This document shows, piece after piece, positions 21,328 to 29,857 of a DNA stretch of 36,013 nt. Within the stretch, counting starts at the first letter, position 1, and every line of letters starts with the position of its first letter. Below the pieces are notes generated by a model, which did no database searches, was not told where the DNA came from, and was given only the letters and a program-made list of their open reading frames with translations. This DNA comes from a virus. The position numbers and the translations under genes were made by a program. The stretch lies in the UHGV virus genome UHGV-0124616. The stretch is one strand, 5' to 3'.

Positions 21328-21623
21328 TGTGTACCAAATTGCGTACCAAACTAAAATCACAAATCATGAAACCCTTGTTCATGGCGGTTCTCAGGGGTGT
21401 TGCGCGTAATCGTGAAAGAGGAAGGTAGGTTGTTTATCTGTGTCTGTCATTGTCTAGCATTGTCCACTGTAGTTAATTAACTGTATGTTATAACTCGAAA
21501 AACAACCTTTTTTTAACCTGAGTATGTCTACGAACGTCAAATATAGTTGTTTACTGTGCGCTGTTGTCCATGTGATATTGTGTACCAGATGTGTACCAAA
21601 CTATTAATTCTGAGCGTACCAAA
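21328..21623 (+). promoter_or_regulatory. Candidate attP region: five direct copies of G(T/C)GTACCA(A/G)A, putative integrase arm-type sites
   Basis: Copies at 21329-21338, 21341-21350, 21581-21590, 21591-21600 and 21614-21623, in two clusters flanking about 230 bp just upstream of int. Confidence 0.4.
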
Positions 21624-21631
21624 TATTATTT

Positions 21632-22810
21632 ATGGCTATAAGCGACACAAAACTGCGTACTATTTATGGTAAACCATATTCGGGCCCACAAGAAGTGGCT
21701 GATGCCGATGGCCTCAGCGTACGAATTTCACCGAAGGGGGTCATCCAGTTCCAGTACCGCTATCGCTGGCATGGCAAGCCTAATCGACTTGGGCTTGGTC
21801 GATACCCATCCCTGTCTTTGAAGGATGCCAGACAGATCACTGCTGACTTGCGAAAGCTCTATTTCTCAGGAACGGATCCACGCACTTATTTTGAAGAGAA
21901 GGTGGAGAACTCCATGACGGTCGCCCAGTGTCTCGACTACTGGTTCGACAACTACGTCTCTACAACTCTCAGAGAAAAGACCCAGGCACTTTACCGATCA
22001 ACGGTTATGAAGCGCATGCATGACGCCTTTCCTAATCGTCCGGCATCTTCTATCACGGTTAAGCAATGGGTTGACCTGCTTACCGAAGAAGAAAGAGATA
22101 ATCCACGCCGAGCAAGGCAGGTGCTAAGTCAACTAAGATCAGCAATAAGTTGGTGCATGCGGCGCCAGTTGATAGATAGTTGCGCAATTATGAGCATCCA
22201 GCCAATGGACTTCGGCTCCCGCGCTGAGGTAGGGGATCGGGTACTGTCGTATCACGAACTGGCTAAGATTTGGCTTGCTATTGAAAGAAGCCGTGCGTCC
22301 ACGTCAAACAAGCTCCTTCATCAGATGCTTATGCTGTGGGGGGCGAGGCTCTCAGAGCTTAGGCTGGCAAAAAAGACAGAATTTGACCTGCTGGAAAACG
22401 TATGGACCGTACCGAAAGAGCATAGCAAGATGGGTAATGTTATCCGCCGTCCAATCTTCGAACAAATTAAGCCTTTCCTCGAAAAGGCCATGACAACGTA
22501 CAATGATGTTCTTTTCCCTGGAGAAGACATAAACAAACCGATCAGCATCGCTGCAGCCAACCGATTCGTAAATAGAATAAGGGGAGGGATGGATCTAGGT
22601 TACTGGCGAACACACGATTTCAGAAGAACGCTTGTTACACGTCTGTCCGAGATGAATGTCGAGCCTCATGTTACTGAGCGAATGCTCGGTCATGAACTTG
22701 GCGGGATAATGTCCGTATACAATAAACACGACTGGATAGAGGCTCAGCGCAAAGCGTATGAGCTTCACGCTGATAAATTGTTCTGGCACATCAGGAGCAT
22801 TTCTGATTAA
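21632..22810 (+). CDS. int: Tyrosine integrase, P4-like subfamily
   Basis: 392 aa. N-terminus ISDTKLRTIYGKP...GLSVRISPKGVIQFQYRYRWHGKPNRLGLGRYPSLSLKDAR is typical of the P4-type arm-binding domain. C-terminal HDFRRT motif. Confidence 0.9.
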   Translation: MAISDTKLRTIYGKPYSGPQEVADADGLSVRISPKGVIQFQYRYRWHGKPNRLGLGRYPSLSLKDARQITADLRKLYFSGTDPRTYFEEKVENSMTVAQCLDYWFDNYVSTTLREKTQALYRSTVMKRMHDAFPNRPASSITVKQWVDLLTEEERDNPRRARQVLSQLRSAISWCMRRQLIDSCAIMSIQPMDFGSRAEVGDRVLSYHELAKIWLAIERSRASTSNKLLHQMLMLWGARLSELRLAKKTEFDLLENVWTVPKEHSKMGNVIRRPIFEQIKPFLEKAMTTYNDVLFPGEDINKPISIAAANRFVNRIRGGMDLGYWRTHDFRRTLVTRLSEMNVEPHVTERMLGHELGGIMSVYNKHDWIEAQRKAYELHADKLFWHIRSISD

Positions 22811-22982
22811 CGCCACCGTTAAGAATCCACCCTTCAACAGCTTCACGAAGGTATGATTTGGGGTGGGTTCTGACTGGCTTCGGAAATCCGTGCCGTTTGG
22901 TATAGTTCCAGATTGTCTGACGTGATGAAACACCGAGCTTGTTCATCACTTCTTTCTCAGGAATCAGACTGGTATCGGTCAT
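22791..22982 (-). CDS. AlpA-family DNA-binding protein, probable excisionase/regulator
   Basis: 63 aa with ...LIPEKEVMNKLGVSSRQTIWNYTKRHGFPKPV..., consistent with the AlpA/Xis winged-helix family. RBS GGAG. Convergent with int and overlapping it by 20 nt. Confidence 0.65.
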   Translation of the reverse strand: MTDTSLIPEKEVMNKLGVSSRQTIWNYTKRHGFPKPVRTHPKSYLREAVEGWILNGGVNQKCS

Positions 22983-23059
22983 CTTAATTCTCCAGGCAAA
23001 AAGAAACCGCCATATAGCGGCTCTATCAGATATGTACAGGCCTCATCGAGTGTGAGGCG

Positions 23060-23404
23060 TTAGTCCTTGCGTAGCTCGCTGATTCTTCTGTAAGTCTCTG
23101 GTGCTTTGTTTCCGTGTATCTTCATTTCAGACTTCAACAGAGCAACGAGGGAATCCCATTCGTTGAGGATGCCTTTGAATGCCGGAACGCGCTTTGCAAC
23201 CTTGTCGAATGAATCTCTGATTTCTGGAATCTGCTCAACAAGCGCAACGCATCGCCGGAAGTCTGCTGCGTCATGTGGAGCACCGAAGCTATGACCATAG
23301 ATATTCTTTTTCAGTCCACATGCGATTGAGGCAAGAGTTGCGCTACTGATGCCGACATCGCCAGTCGATTGCCATTTCAAAACCTTCATAGCCAAATCTG
23401 ACAT
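23060..23404 (-). CDS. Hypothetical protein (114 aa), distal gene of the leftward operon
   Basis: RBS GGAG 6 nt upstream of the ATG. Bounded by terminator-like hairpins on both sides. No recognizable family. Confidence 0.5.
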   Translation of the reverse strand: MSDLAMKVLKWQSTGDVGISSATLASIACGLKKNIYGHSFGAPHDAADFRRCVALVEQIPEIRDSFDKVAKRVPAFKGILNEWDSLVALLKSEMKIHGNKAPETYRRISELRKD

Positions 23405-23453
23405 TTCTTGTCTCCATAAAACAAAACCCGCCGTAGCGAGTTCAGATAAAATA

Positions 23454-23472
23454 AATCCCCGCGAATGCGAGG
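23454..23472 (-). terminator. Terminator-like hairpin on the minus strand (CCTCGC-ATTC-GCGGGG plus ATTTATTTTAT)
   Basis: Reverse complement of 23457-23472 is the same 16-mer as the + strand terminator core at 2476-2491. Confidence 0.4.
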
Positions 23473-23476
23473 ATTG

Positions 23477-23761
23477 TTATTCATTGCCGATATTCACCTT
23501 TATCGCGAACACCTTTACCGGTTTATCTCCGAAGTGTGGATGTGTGATTGTCTTCACTTCATATCCGCCATACGGGACGTCAATTCTGCGACTGGAATCG
23601 TCGCGCTTCGGATATCCCTTTGTGATAATCAGGCGGTCATACTCGCGGAACATAATTCGCTTATTCCAGTAGCCATTGCACAGGCGATACTCTTCCGTTT
23701 TCTCTCCGCGAATCATGGCATCGAAGTATTCACCTTTGACGGCAAGTTGCAGGTTAGCCAC
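23477..23761 (-). CDS. Hypothetical protein (about 95 aa, GTG start); possibly ASCH-like fold
   Basis: GTG at 23761 with RBS GGAGG 6 nt upstream, 2 nt after the upstream stop. The track ATG at 23836 would overlap the upstream gene by 83 nt. Domain guess is weak. Confidence 0.4.
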   Translation of the reverse strand: MANLQLAVKGEYFDAMIRGEKTEEYRLCNGYWNKRIMFREYDRLIITKGYPKRDDSSRRIDVPYGGYEVKTITHPHFGDKPVKVFAIKVNIGNE

Positions 23762-23972
23762 GGTTAACCTCCTGCGCCGTTTTGATGATTGCTGCCAGAC
23801 AATTCTTGCAAGGAACAAGCAGCGGTCCCTGCTCAATGCTCAATAGCGCATGCTGAGCACCATGAAAAAGCCATTCGAATGACCCAGGCCGATGACCGCA
23901 CCATGTCTCAATCTCGTGCTTAGGGAGTTTAACTCCCTCTCGATAGTCATATTTGATGATGTGCTTGCTCAC
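23754..23972 (-). CDS. Hypothetical protein (72 aa, GTG start)
   Basis: RBS GGAGG upstream. Translationally coupled to both neighbours. Confidence 0.4.
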   Translation of the reverse strand: MSKHIIKYDYREGVKLPKHEIETWCGHRPGSFEWLFHGAQHALLSIEQGPLLVPCKNCLAAIIKTAQEVNRG

Positions 23973-24160
23973 GACTTCACCTCCTGTTGAGCAGAAACCT
24001 GATTTTTGAGTGATTCAGAAATATTCCTGCAATACCTAGCGGATTCATCGTCGAAAATGCTTTCGAAATACTCAGCAATCCAGCCGAACACAACAACCTG
24101 CTCATTGCTTGGATTTGCACTTTGATTGAAGGCGGTTATTAGTGATGCACTCATACTCAC
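23969..24160 (-). CDS. Hypothetical protein (about 61-63 aa)
   Basis: RBS AGGAGG upstream. Start is ambiguous between GTG at 24160 and ATG at 24154. Confidence 0.4.
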   Translation of the reverse strand: MSMSASLITAFNQSANPSNEQVVVFGWIAEYFESIFDDESARYCRNISESLKNQVSAQQEVKS

Positions 24161-24717
24161 TTAACCTCCTGTTTTGGGGCTGCTGGAAGTGGCATCCAGT
24201 GGGTTATGATTACTTCGCGAGGATTGCAGTCGTCCTCTACTGGCTGCCACTCCGTCCATCCATTGGTTTTATGGACAAAGAAATAAGCAGGAATGTAGTC
24301 TGGTTCATCTCCTTCAAAATATGTTCCCCAGCAAAGATACAAGCAATTGCTATCAGGCATTCGCTCACTACAGCTTATCCAACCATCCGGAGTTCCCGGA
24401 GAGTTGCCATTTACATCGAAGTTTGGCTCTGCGTCCTGAACCAGGAGGATGTAACCATTCTTGGCTGTATCAAGTTCTAACGCCTCGGTGACGGTGCCGA
24501 AATAGCGATTACCTAAATCAGCATCACAAGTGCTTACATCAATGGAAACTTCCATGCCTTCGATTAATTCTGGCAAGTTGTAAGTTTGGCTTACAGGCTC
24601 TGCTTCCAGCGATGCCAGTGCAATTCGTGCCAGTTCCATTTGTTCGCCACGGGTAAGCCCGTTTTCAAGCGGGGATTTAATGAACAATTCGATACGTTCT
24701 TTAGTGATAGTGCTCAT
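24157..24717 (-). CDS. DUF551-domain phage protein
   Basis: Internal ATG at 24717 with RBS AAGGAGAG, 1 nt after the upstream stop. C-terminus ...NGWTEWQPVEDDCNPREVIITHWMPLPAAP resembles DUF551 ends as recalled. Confidence 0.55.
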   Translation of the reverse strand: MSTITKERIELFIKSPLENGLTRGEQMELARIALASLEAEPVSQTYNLPELIEGMEVSIDVSTCDADLGNRYFGTVTEALELDTAKNGYILLVQDAEPNFDVNGNSPGTPDGWISCSERMPDSNCLYLCWGTYFEGDEPDYIPAYFFVHKTNGWTEWQPVEDDCNPREVIITHWMPLPAAPKQEVK

Positions 24718-24718
24718 A

Positions 24719-25417
24719 TCACTCTCCTTTGATGCGAATGCCAGCGACGCATGGCACATTAACTTCCACGATGCGCACAGTTGGTTTGTACATCTCAATC
24801 GCTGTCAGCCAGTCAGCGCCAGTCATGCGCTTTTCTGCATCGCCATTAGTCCACTTAACCGGTACACCAATAGCCTTCATCGCGATTTCTATTTCCCCGG
24901 CGATGGCGCTTTTTCCGCAACCAGTAAAACCAGATACAACGACCAGAACTTCACCTTTGGCTGGTTTTATTTCCCGCGCTTCCAGTTCTGCTATGCGCTT
25001 ACTTCCATCCGAGATAACACCTTCGTAATACTCACGCTGCTCGTTGAGTTTTGATTTTGCTTCCTCAAGCTCAACTCTCAGCTTCCCTACCGTTAACGCA
25101 ATATCCTCGTTCTCCTGGTCGCGGGATTTGATGTATTGCTGGTTCCTTTCCCGTTCATCCAGCAGCGCCAGCACGGTAGCTGGACTGGCTGCGGCGATGA
25201 ATTCAGCATTGGCCTGCTGTTCCATTTGGAAATCTTCATCGAAACCGCTTTCAGGATGCGCTCCTTCAATTCTGCAAATGGGAATATATCCAGCAGCCTC
25301 GCGATGAATTAGCGCATCATCACAATCAAATCGGCTCTCTCCATATTCGAGCGACCATACACCACACGTTGCTTTTTCTGCCTTGGCACGCAGTGCCTCA
25401 TAGTCAATCTTGCTCAC
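24719..25417 (-). CDS. Ea22-like family early protein
   Basis: N-terminus [26 protein letters not shown]... is typical of lambdoid Ea22-like proteins as recalled, with a central coiled coil. GTG start with RBS AAGGAGG. Confidence 0.6.
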   Translation of the reverse strand: MSKIDYEALRAKAEKATCGVWSLEYGESRFDCDDALIHREAAGYIPICRIEGAHPESGFDEDFQMEQQANAEFIAAASPATVLALLDERERNQQYIKSRDQENEDIALTVGKLRVELEEAKSKLNEQREYYEGVISDGSKRIAELEAREIKPAKGEVLVVVSGFTGCGKSAIAGEIEIAMKAIGVPVKWTNGDAEKRMTGADWLTAIEMYKPTVRIVEVNVPCVAGIRIKGE

Positions 25418-26016
25418 TGGTTGCCTCCTTTGCGAATCTGTTCAGCGATATCTTCGAGAACACCATCAGAGAATGAGCGGTCAAAATCGCCTTCCGGCGC
25501 ATTAGCCATAAACTCAGTAGAGGTAAGAATCATCCGGGCAATATCCGCGGCGTTCTTCGCAGTATCATCAATAAAACCAGCTTCCCAGGCAGCCAGCATT
25601 CTGTTCGCCACAAAGTAAGCTCCCTCCTTGCGTGCTTCAGTCTTCACTTCAGCCAGGAAAGCATCGGTGGCTGGTGTTTGCGGCATCCCTCCATCTGTTG
25701 CGCAGATATACGCATCAGATATTTCATCCTGCTCGCCATCAAACACGTAGCAACTCTGTGCGATAAATTTATTCAGCCCAGCATTCTCCGCTGCCAGCGC
25801 TGAAAACTTCTCGTGTGCCAACTTAACAGCCGAATCAGCCTGCTTAATTGACTCAATCGCTCTCTGCTGGTCTTCGGCCAGCGCCGAAATCTTGGCCTCC
25901 GCTTCAGCAAATTTACGCACCAGATATTCAGCGTTTGTTTCGTTAACCTTTAAATCACATGGGATGCATTTACCTTTCAGAAATCCATCCATCTCAATTA
26001 GTGACATTTGTTTCAT
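25414..26016 (-). CDS. Hypothetical early protein (about 200 aa)
   Basis: ATG at 26016 overlaps the upstream stop (ATGA coupling). N-terminal coiled coil. No recognizable family. Confidence 0.45.
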   Translation of the reverse strand: MKQMSLIEMDGFLKGKCIPCDLKVNETNAEYLVRKFAEAEAKISALAEDQQRAIESIKQADSAVKLAHEKFSALAAENAGLNKFIAQSCYVFDGEQDEISDAYICATDGGMPQTPATDAFLAEVKTEARKEGAYFVANRMLAAWEAGFIDDTAKNAADIARMILTSTEFMANAPEGDFDRSFSDGVLEDIAEQIRKGGNQ

Positions 26017-26177
26017 TTCTTCCCACTCCGCCACATCGCATTCAGATATTTGTTGTCATTAACAGAACCGAAACTCTCTCGCTTAAGTAATTCCTCTCTC
26101 GATGGCATTGGCTTTACGCGCTGGCGAATAATCATTTCTGCCGGAAGAATTCCGGGATTGTATGCAAGTCCTCTCAT
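26013..26177 (-). CDS. Hypothetical small protein (about 54 aa)
   Basis: Internal ATG at 26177 with RBS GAGGA 7 nt upstream. The start is uncertain. Confidence 0.3.
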   Translation of the reverse strand: MRGLAYNPGILPAEMIIRQRVKPMPSREELLKRESFGSVNDNKYLNAMWRSGKK

Positions 26178-26187
26178 GGTAAATTCC

Positions 26188-26484
26188 TCAGTCATTACTG
26201 ATAGCGCCATAGCGTGAGCGGTAATTACGCAGGCGCGGGTCGATATATTCAGGGAATTGGGTATATGTGGCTTTGCGGAATGGTCGGATTGATGTCTGGT
26301 AAATTCGCTCTCGTTCTTCTTTCTCTGCAAGCCATATACAATGGCGAAATTCCTTTTCCTCTTTCGTTTCCTGCGGTAGCGACATTATCCGATCGTAGTT
26401 TTTTCTGAATTTATCCAGCACCTCCGATACGGAATTGCCGGAACAGCGGCGCGCGTCATCCGCACCATACAGAGGCGCTGGCAT
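26188..26484 (-). CDS. Hypothetical protein (98 aa)
   Basis: RBS AGGAG 6 nt upstream of the ATG. No recognizable family. Confidence 0.45.
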   Translation of the reverse strand: MPAPLYGADDARRCSGNSVSEVLDKFRKNYDRIMSLPQETKEEKEFRHCIWLAEKEERERIYQTSIRPFRKATYTQFPEYIDPRLRNYRSRYGAISND

Positions 26485-26500
26485 GGTTTTCTCCTGTTGA

Positions 26501-27049
26501 TTATTTAGCTAACTTTTTCCAGATCGCTGAAACGTATTTGGCTTGGTGAATGGCATCATCAAGCGCGTTGTGGCGAGTTCCTTTGAATGGCATATCTCGC
26601 TTAGGGTCGAATCCTATTACCTTCCCAAGTTCGACGATTGTTCTTACGTCGCGGTCATTCCACCACTTCCACGGAACTGGCTGCCCTGTCAGCGAATAAC
26701 TGTTTCGGAGAATAACGCAGTCAAATGATGCTCCATTCCCCCAAACCTGAACGAATTTGTGGTTAGCGTTCTTTATGATGAATTCAGATAACCATGAAAG
26801 AGCCGTTGAAAGCTCCTGAGTGTTGCTGGTTAGCGATTTTCTGGCTTCTTCACTCTGTTCCAGCCACCATAAAATCGTTGAAGCGTCAGGACGCGCTCGA
26901 TATCGCATTGATGATTCAAGCGAGATATTTACCGAGAACTCTTCTCCTGTTTCTCCGGTATTCGGGTCAAAGAATACCGCCCCAATAGAAATAACTGGCG
27001 CGTATGGCCCGTTGCCCATTGTTTCAAGGTCAACCATCAAGTGATTCAT
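26501..27049 (-). CDS. DEDDh-type 3'-5' exonuclease (DnaQ-like fold)
   Basis: 182 aa with acidic motifs placed as in DEDDh exonucleases: VDLETMG near the N-terminus, FDCVIL mid-protein, HNALDDA near the C-terminus. RBS AAGGA. Confidence 0.7.
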   Translation of the reverse strand: MNHLMVDLETMGNGPYAPVISIGAVFFDPNTGETGEEFSVNISLESSMRYRARPDASTILWWLEQSEEARKSLTSNTQELSTALSWLSEFIIKNANHKFVQVWGNGASFDCVILRNSYSLTGQPVPWKWWNDRDVRTIVELGKVIGFDPKRDMPFKGTRHNALDDAIHQAKYVSAIWKKLAK

Positions 27050-27057
27050 GTAAGTCC

Positions 27058-27573
27058 TTAAATTGCGTGAATAGCGTGACGAGGGAAGGGGAGAGTTACT
27101 GGTGCAAAGGGGATATCGTCGTCAAAATCCATAGGTGGTTCGCTGTGATTTCCCTGCTGCTGAGGTTGCTGTCTTTGTTGCTGACCATTATTTCGCTGAG
27201 GTGAAGACTGTTCATTGCCTCCTTGCTTGCCACCAAGCATTTGCATGGTTCCACCAACGCCCACGATGACTTCGGTAGTGAACCGATCCTGTCCGCTTTG
27301 ATCCTGCCATTTTCTTGTCCGCAATTTGCCTTCAAGATAAACCTCAGAGCCTTTTCGCAGATATTCGCTGGCAATTTCTGCCAGTTTCCCGCTCATTACC
27401 ACGCGGTGCCACTCCGTCTGCTCCTTTTGCTCTCCAGTTTTCTTATCACGCCATTGTTCTGACGTAGCAACGGTAAGGTTTGCAAATGCCGTTCCTGATG
27501 GTGAATATCTGATTTCTGGATCATGCCCAAGGCGACCAATAATGATCACCTTATTTACGCCTCTGCTTGCCAT
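27058..27573 (-). CDS. ssb: Single-stranded DNA-binding protein
   Basis: 171 aa. OB-fold N-terminus ([44 protein letters not shown]), G/Q-rich linker and the canonical acidic tail DFDDDIPF. Confidence 0.95.
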   Translation of the reverse strand: MASRGVNKVIIIGRLGHDPEIRYSPSGTAFANLTVATSEQWRDKKTGEQKEQTEWHRVVMSGKLAEIASEYLRKGSEVYLEGKLRTRKWQDQSGQDRFTTEVIVGVGGTMQMLGGKQGGNEQSSPQRNNGQQQRQQPQQQGNHSEPPMDFDDDIPFAPVTLPFPRHAIHAI

Positions 27574-28281
27574 TTATGCCGCCTGTTTTAGCTCTTTAAC
27601 TCTGATGTTCATTACCTGAACGCATTTAGCCTGCGCCTCCTCGTTTCCAGCCATTAATTGCCAGTCATGCTGATAACGCTCGATGAGTTTTTTCTTGTCA
27701 GTTTCTGTCGCTGCATAATCGCTGAAGTCTTTCAGGATTTGTTCGCAGTCAACCGATGGAGATTTCTGGTTGGTATTTTCTGGTGATGGTTTGTTATCTG
27801 ATGCTGGGATTGCCCAGCCCGGCAGCGATGGAGGGAGCCAGTAAAATCCTGTTCCATCCTTGAGTTTTGCCCTGTGCCATCCCTGCTTTTTGTCGAGAGA
27901 TGTTTGTGCGAAACCTTCCTCAAGGTTATACAGATACCGACCGATTCCCCACTGTACGGCAGCGCGCTTCATTGCACCGGAACGACCACCTTTGACGGCT
28001 TCTACCTGCGTGTTTTCAGCAGCATCCCATTTGGTTACCCATTCGGAATCAATCCTGATTGATATGCCGCATTCAACGCCGCCGTTGTTAGGAATATCGC
28101 GGTATTCATTGCGCCATCCTGCTTTGCCACAAACATCGTCCAGGCGTTTCATGATTGCCCGGTTCGTGACATAAGCCAGCACCATAGCCCACACTTTGCC
28201 ATCGCGTGTTTTACCGCTTTGCTGTATTCGCCATTCGATATCTTCAGGGCTGAATGGCTCATCGAATTTGTTCAAATCCAT
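27574..28281 (-). CDS. Rad52/Rad22-like single-strand annealing protein (Sak/Erf-type recombinase)
   Basis: 235 aa directly upstream of ssb. Motif GAMKRAAVQWGIGRYLYNL resembles the Rad52-family annealing core as recalled. RBS GAGGTGA. Confidence 0.6.
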   Translation of the reverse strand: MDLNKFDEPFSPEDIEWRIQQSGKTRDGKVWAMVLAYVTNRAIMKRLDDVCGKAGWRNEYRDIPNNGGVECGISIRIDSEWVTKWDAAENTQVEAVKGGRSGAMKRAAVQWGIGRYLYNLEEGFAQTSLDKKQGWHRAKLKDGTGFYWLPPSLPGWAIPASDNKPSPENTNQKSPSVDCEQILKDFSDYAATETDKKKLIERYQHDWQLMAGNEEAQAKCVQVMNIRVKELKQAA

Positions 28282-28289
28282 AATTCACC

Positions 28290-28460
28290 TCAGAATGGAC
28301 ACGGCCCAAGGAAATAACGCTGATTTAATACTTCGACTCGGGACAAATTAAGGCATACCCGCATTCCTTCGCGGTCGCCATTATGGCGATACCAGAGAGC
28401 TTTCTGCGTGTACATGCGTCTCTGTAACTTGCTCTCCTTCACTGTGGTTGCAAGTGACAT
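28290..28460 (-). CDS. Small ORF (56 aa) in the kil-equivalent position
   Basis: Hand-translated MSLATTVKESKLQRRMYTQKALWYRHNGDREGMRVCLNLSRVEVLNQRYFLGPCPF with strong RBS AAGGAGAT 5 nt upstream. Below the track length cut-off. Function unknown. Confidence 0.35.
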   Translation of the reverse strand: MSLATTVKESKLQRRMYTQKALWYRHNGDREGMRVCLNLSRVEVLNQRYFLGPCPF

Positions 28461-28672
28461 GAATATCTCCTTCGTTACCGATTAATTCTTTCATCTGACG
28501 AATGAATTCTTCGTCTGACCAGTTATCTGTAAAACTCATTTCCTGCGATACCACGGAAGGTTGATAGCTGATTTCATCGCTTTATTTGCTTCAAGCCACA
28601 TTTTTGAATCACCAATAAATCTGGCTATTACTGCTTTGTTTTGTGCAGCACGAAGCATCTGGTGATTGATGG

Positions 28673-28807
28673 CTATTTCATTGCGCATAACGCCTCCAGT
28701 TGTTTCTTTGCTGCTCTGATTAATTGTTTAACTCGGCGTGATAATTCAGATTCGTGCGGGTAGAAAGCGGACATGACGCCGCTACCCGCGAGCTGAAAGT
28801 GCATCAT
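28673..28807 (-). CDS. cIII: cIII-like protein (FtsH inhibitor family)
   Basis: 44 aa from an internal ATG with strong RBS AAGGAG 6 nt upstream. ...ESELSRRVKQLIRAAKKQLEAL parallels the lambda cIII central helix as recalled. Confidence 0.65.
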   Translation of the reverse strand: MMHFQLAGSGVMSAFYPHESELSRRVKQLIRAAKKQLEALCAMK

Positions 28808-28889
28808 GGGTAACTCCTTCTGTTTGATTGCATAACGAAAATGCCTCTCGTGAAGCATTATTGGTATGCGGTAAAGCCGCGCTTGGCGG

Positions 28890-29138
28890 CTACTCTATTT
28901 CTTCTTCGAATGATTTTATTAGTCGGTCAATAACATCATCCGTTTCAATATCATTTCCGTCTGATTGCTTTAATACATCTATTGATTCTGCAGCGGTAAA
29001 TTCCATCGCTGTGAGAAACTCGACAATTGCACACTCAACGACATATCGTTCTTCATCTGTACGACATGAGATAAAAGAGCATTTAATTGCTGTTATTACT
29101 TTTTGTTTAAGCTCTGCAGGGTAATCAGTTTTTATCAT
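28890..29138 (-). CDS. Hypothetical acidic protein (82 aa)
   Basis: RBS GGAG 5 nt upstream. Sits directly downstream of the tL1-like terminator. Confidence 0.45.
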   Translation of the reverse strand: MIKTDYPAELKQKVITAIKCSFISCRTDEERYVVECAIVEFLTAMEFTAAESIDVLKQSDGNDIETDDVIDRLIKSFEEEIE

Positions 29139-29151
29139 CGTTTACTCCGTC

Positions 29152-29180
29152 AAAAAAAACTGCCCTCACATTGGAGGGCA
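29152..29180 (-). terminator. Rho-independent terminator in the leftward operon (tL1-like)
   Basis: On the minus strand, hairpin TGCCCTC-CAATGT-GAGGGCA followed by eight T. Confidence 0.65.
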
Positions 29181-29315
29181 AAGAAGATTTCCAATAATCA
29201 GAACAAGTCGGCTCCTGTTTAGTTACGAGCGACATTGCTCCGTGTATTCACTCGTTGGAATGAATACACAGTGCAGTATTTATTCTGTTGTTTATGCCAA
29301 AAATAAAGGACACCA

Positions 29316-29567
29316 TCAGGCAGCCTTGTTGTAAATGTTGCAGGTATCAAGTAAGTAATTAGATGGAGCGCCATAAATTATGAATTCATCGTTTGTCGGG
29401 TCCATCTCCATCTCTTGGCCTATTGCCATTCTTGCGTCAGTGTCATCAGCGGCGAAGCATAAAACAGCCCACGCACCCATTGTTTTAAAAAGAACTGCAA
29501 TTGGCTGTGGTTTTACTGAATTTGCGTTAGCGCGAAAATCACAAATCGCACTTTCATGAAATTCCAT
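29316..29567 (-). CDS. Hypothetical protein (83 aa)
   Basis: RBS GAGGTG 5 nt upstream of the ATG. No recognizable family. Confidence 0.45.
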   Translation of the reverse strand: MEFHESAICDFRANANSVKPQPIAVLFKTMGAWAVLCFAADDTDARMAIGQEMEMDPTNDEFIIYGAPSNYLLDTCNIYNKAA

Positions 29568-29629
29568 ATATCACCTCAAATAAGTGGTTTGCTGCCAAAA
29601 CAATGAACCATCAGGAAATTCCAGATAGT

Positions 29630-29854
29630 TCATAATTCACTCTTCAATACTTCCAACTTACTAATCGCCGATAGATATCCGCGCTGATAGGGCATCATCA
29701 TTCCTTCGAGCTTGCCACTTCTTAACTCCTCCCTGAGCAATTGTATTGCTTGATCAATAACCTCTGCCTTAGCGTCCTTTATGGCTTGCTTGCGGGGCTT
29801 TGCTTTCTGCTTTGGCAGATTTCTCAAGTATGATGGAATGTATGTCTGATTCAT
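29630..29854 (-). CDS. Hypothetical protein (74 aa) immediately downstream of N
   Basis: ATG at 29854 with RBS GAGG, 3 nt after the N stop. Occupies the ral-equivalent position but is not recognizably Ral. Confidence 0.45.
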   Translation of the reverse strand: MNQTYIPSYLRNLPKQKAKPRKQAIKDAKAEVIDQAIQLLREELRSGKLEGMMMPYQRGYLSAISKLEVLKSEL

Positions 29855-29857
29855 CAC

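Noticed and set aside
23762-23836. Track start at 23836 for the 23477 gene
   Set aside because: It would overlap the upstream gene by 83 nt; GTG at 23761 has a GGAGG RBS at ideal spacing 2 nt after the upstream stop.
24718-24798. Upstream start (MRCTNQLC...) for the DUF551 gene
   Set aside because: It would overlap the Ea22-like gene by 80 nt; the internal ATG at 24717 has a strong RBS and lies 1 nt after the upstream stop.
28494-28584. Possible 52-aa minus-strand ORF (MSFTDNWSDEEFIRQ...) between the 56-aa ORF and cIII
   Set aside because: Poor or mis-spaced RBS, and it overlaps the better-supported 56-aa ORF in another frame; not callable from sequence alone.
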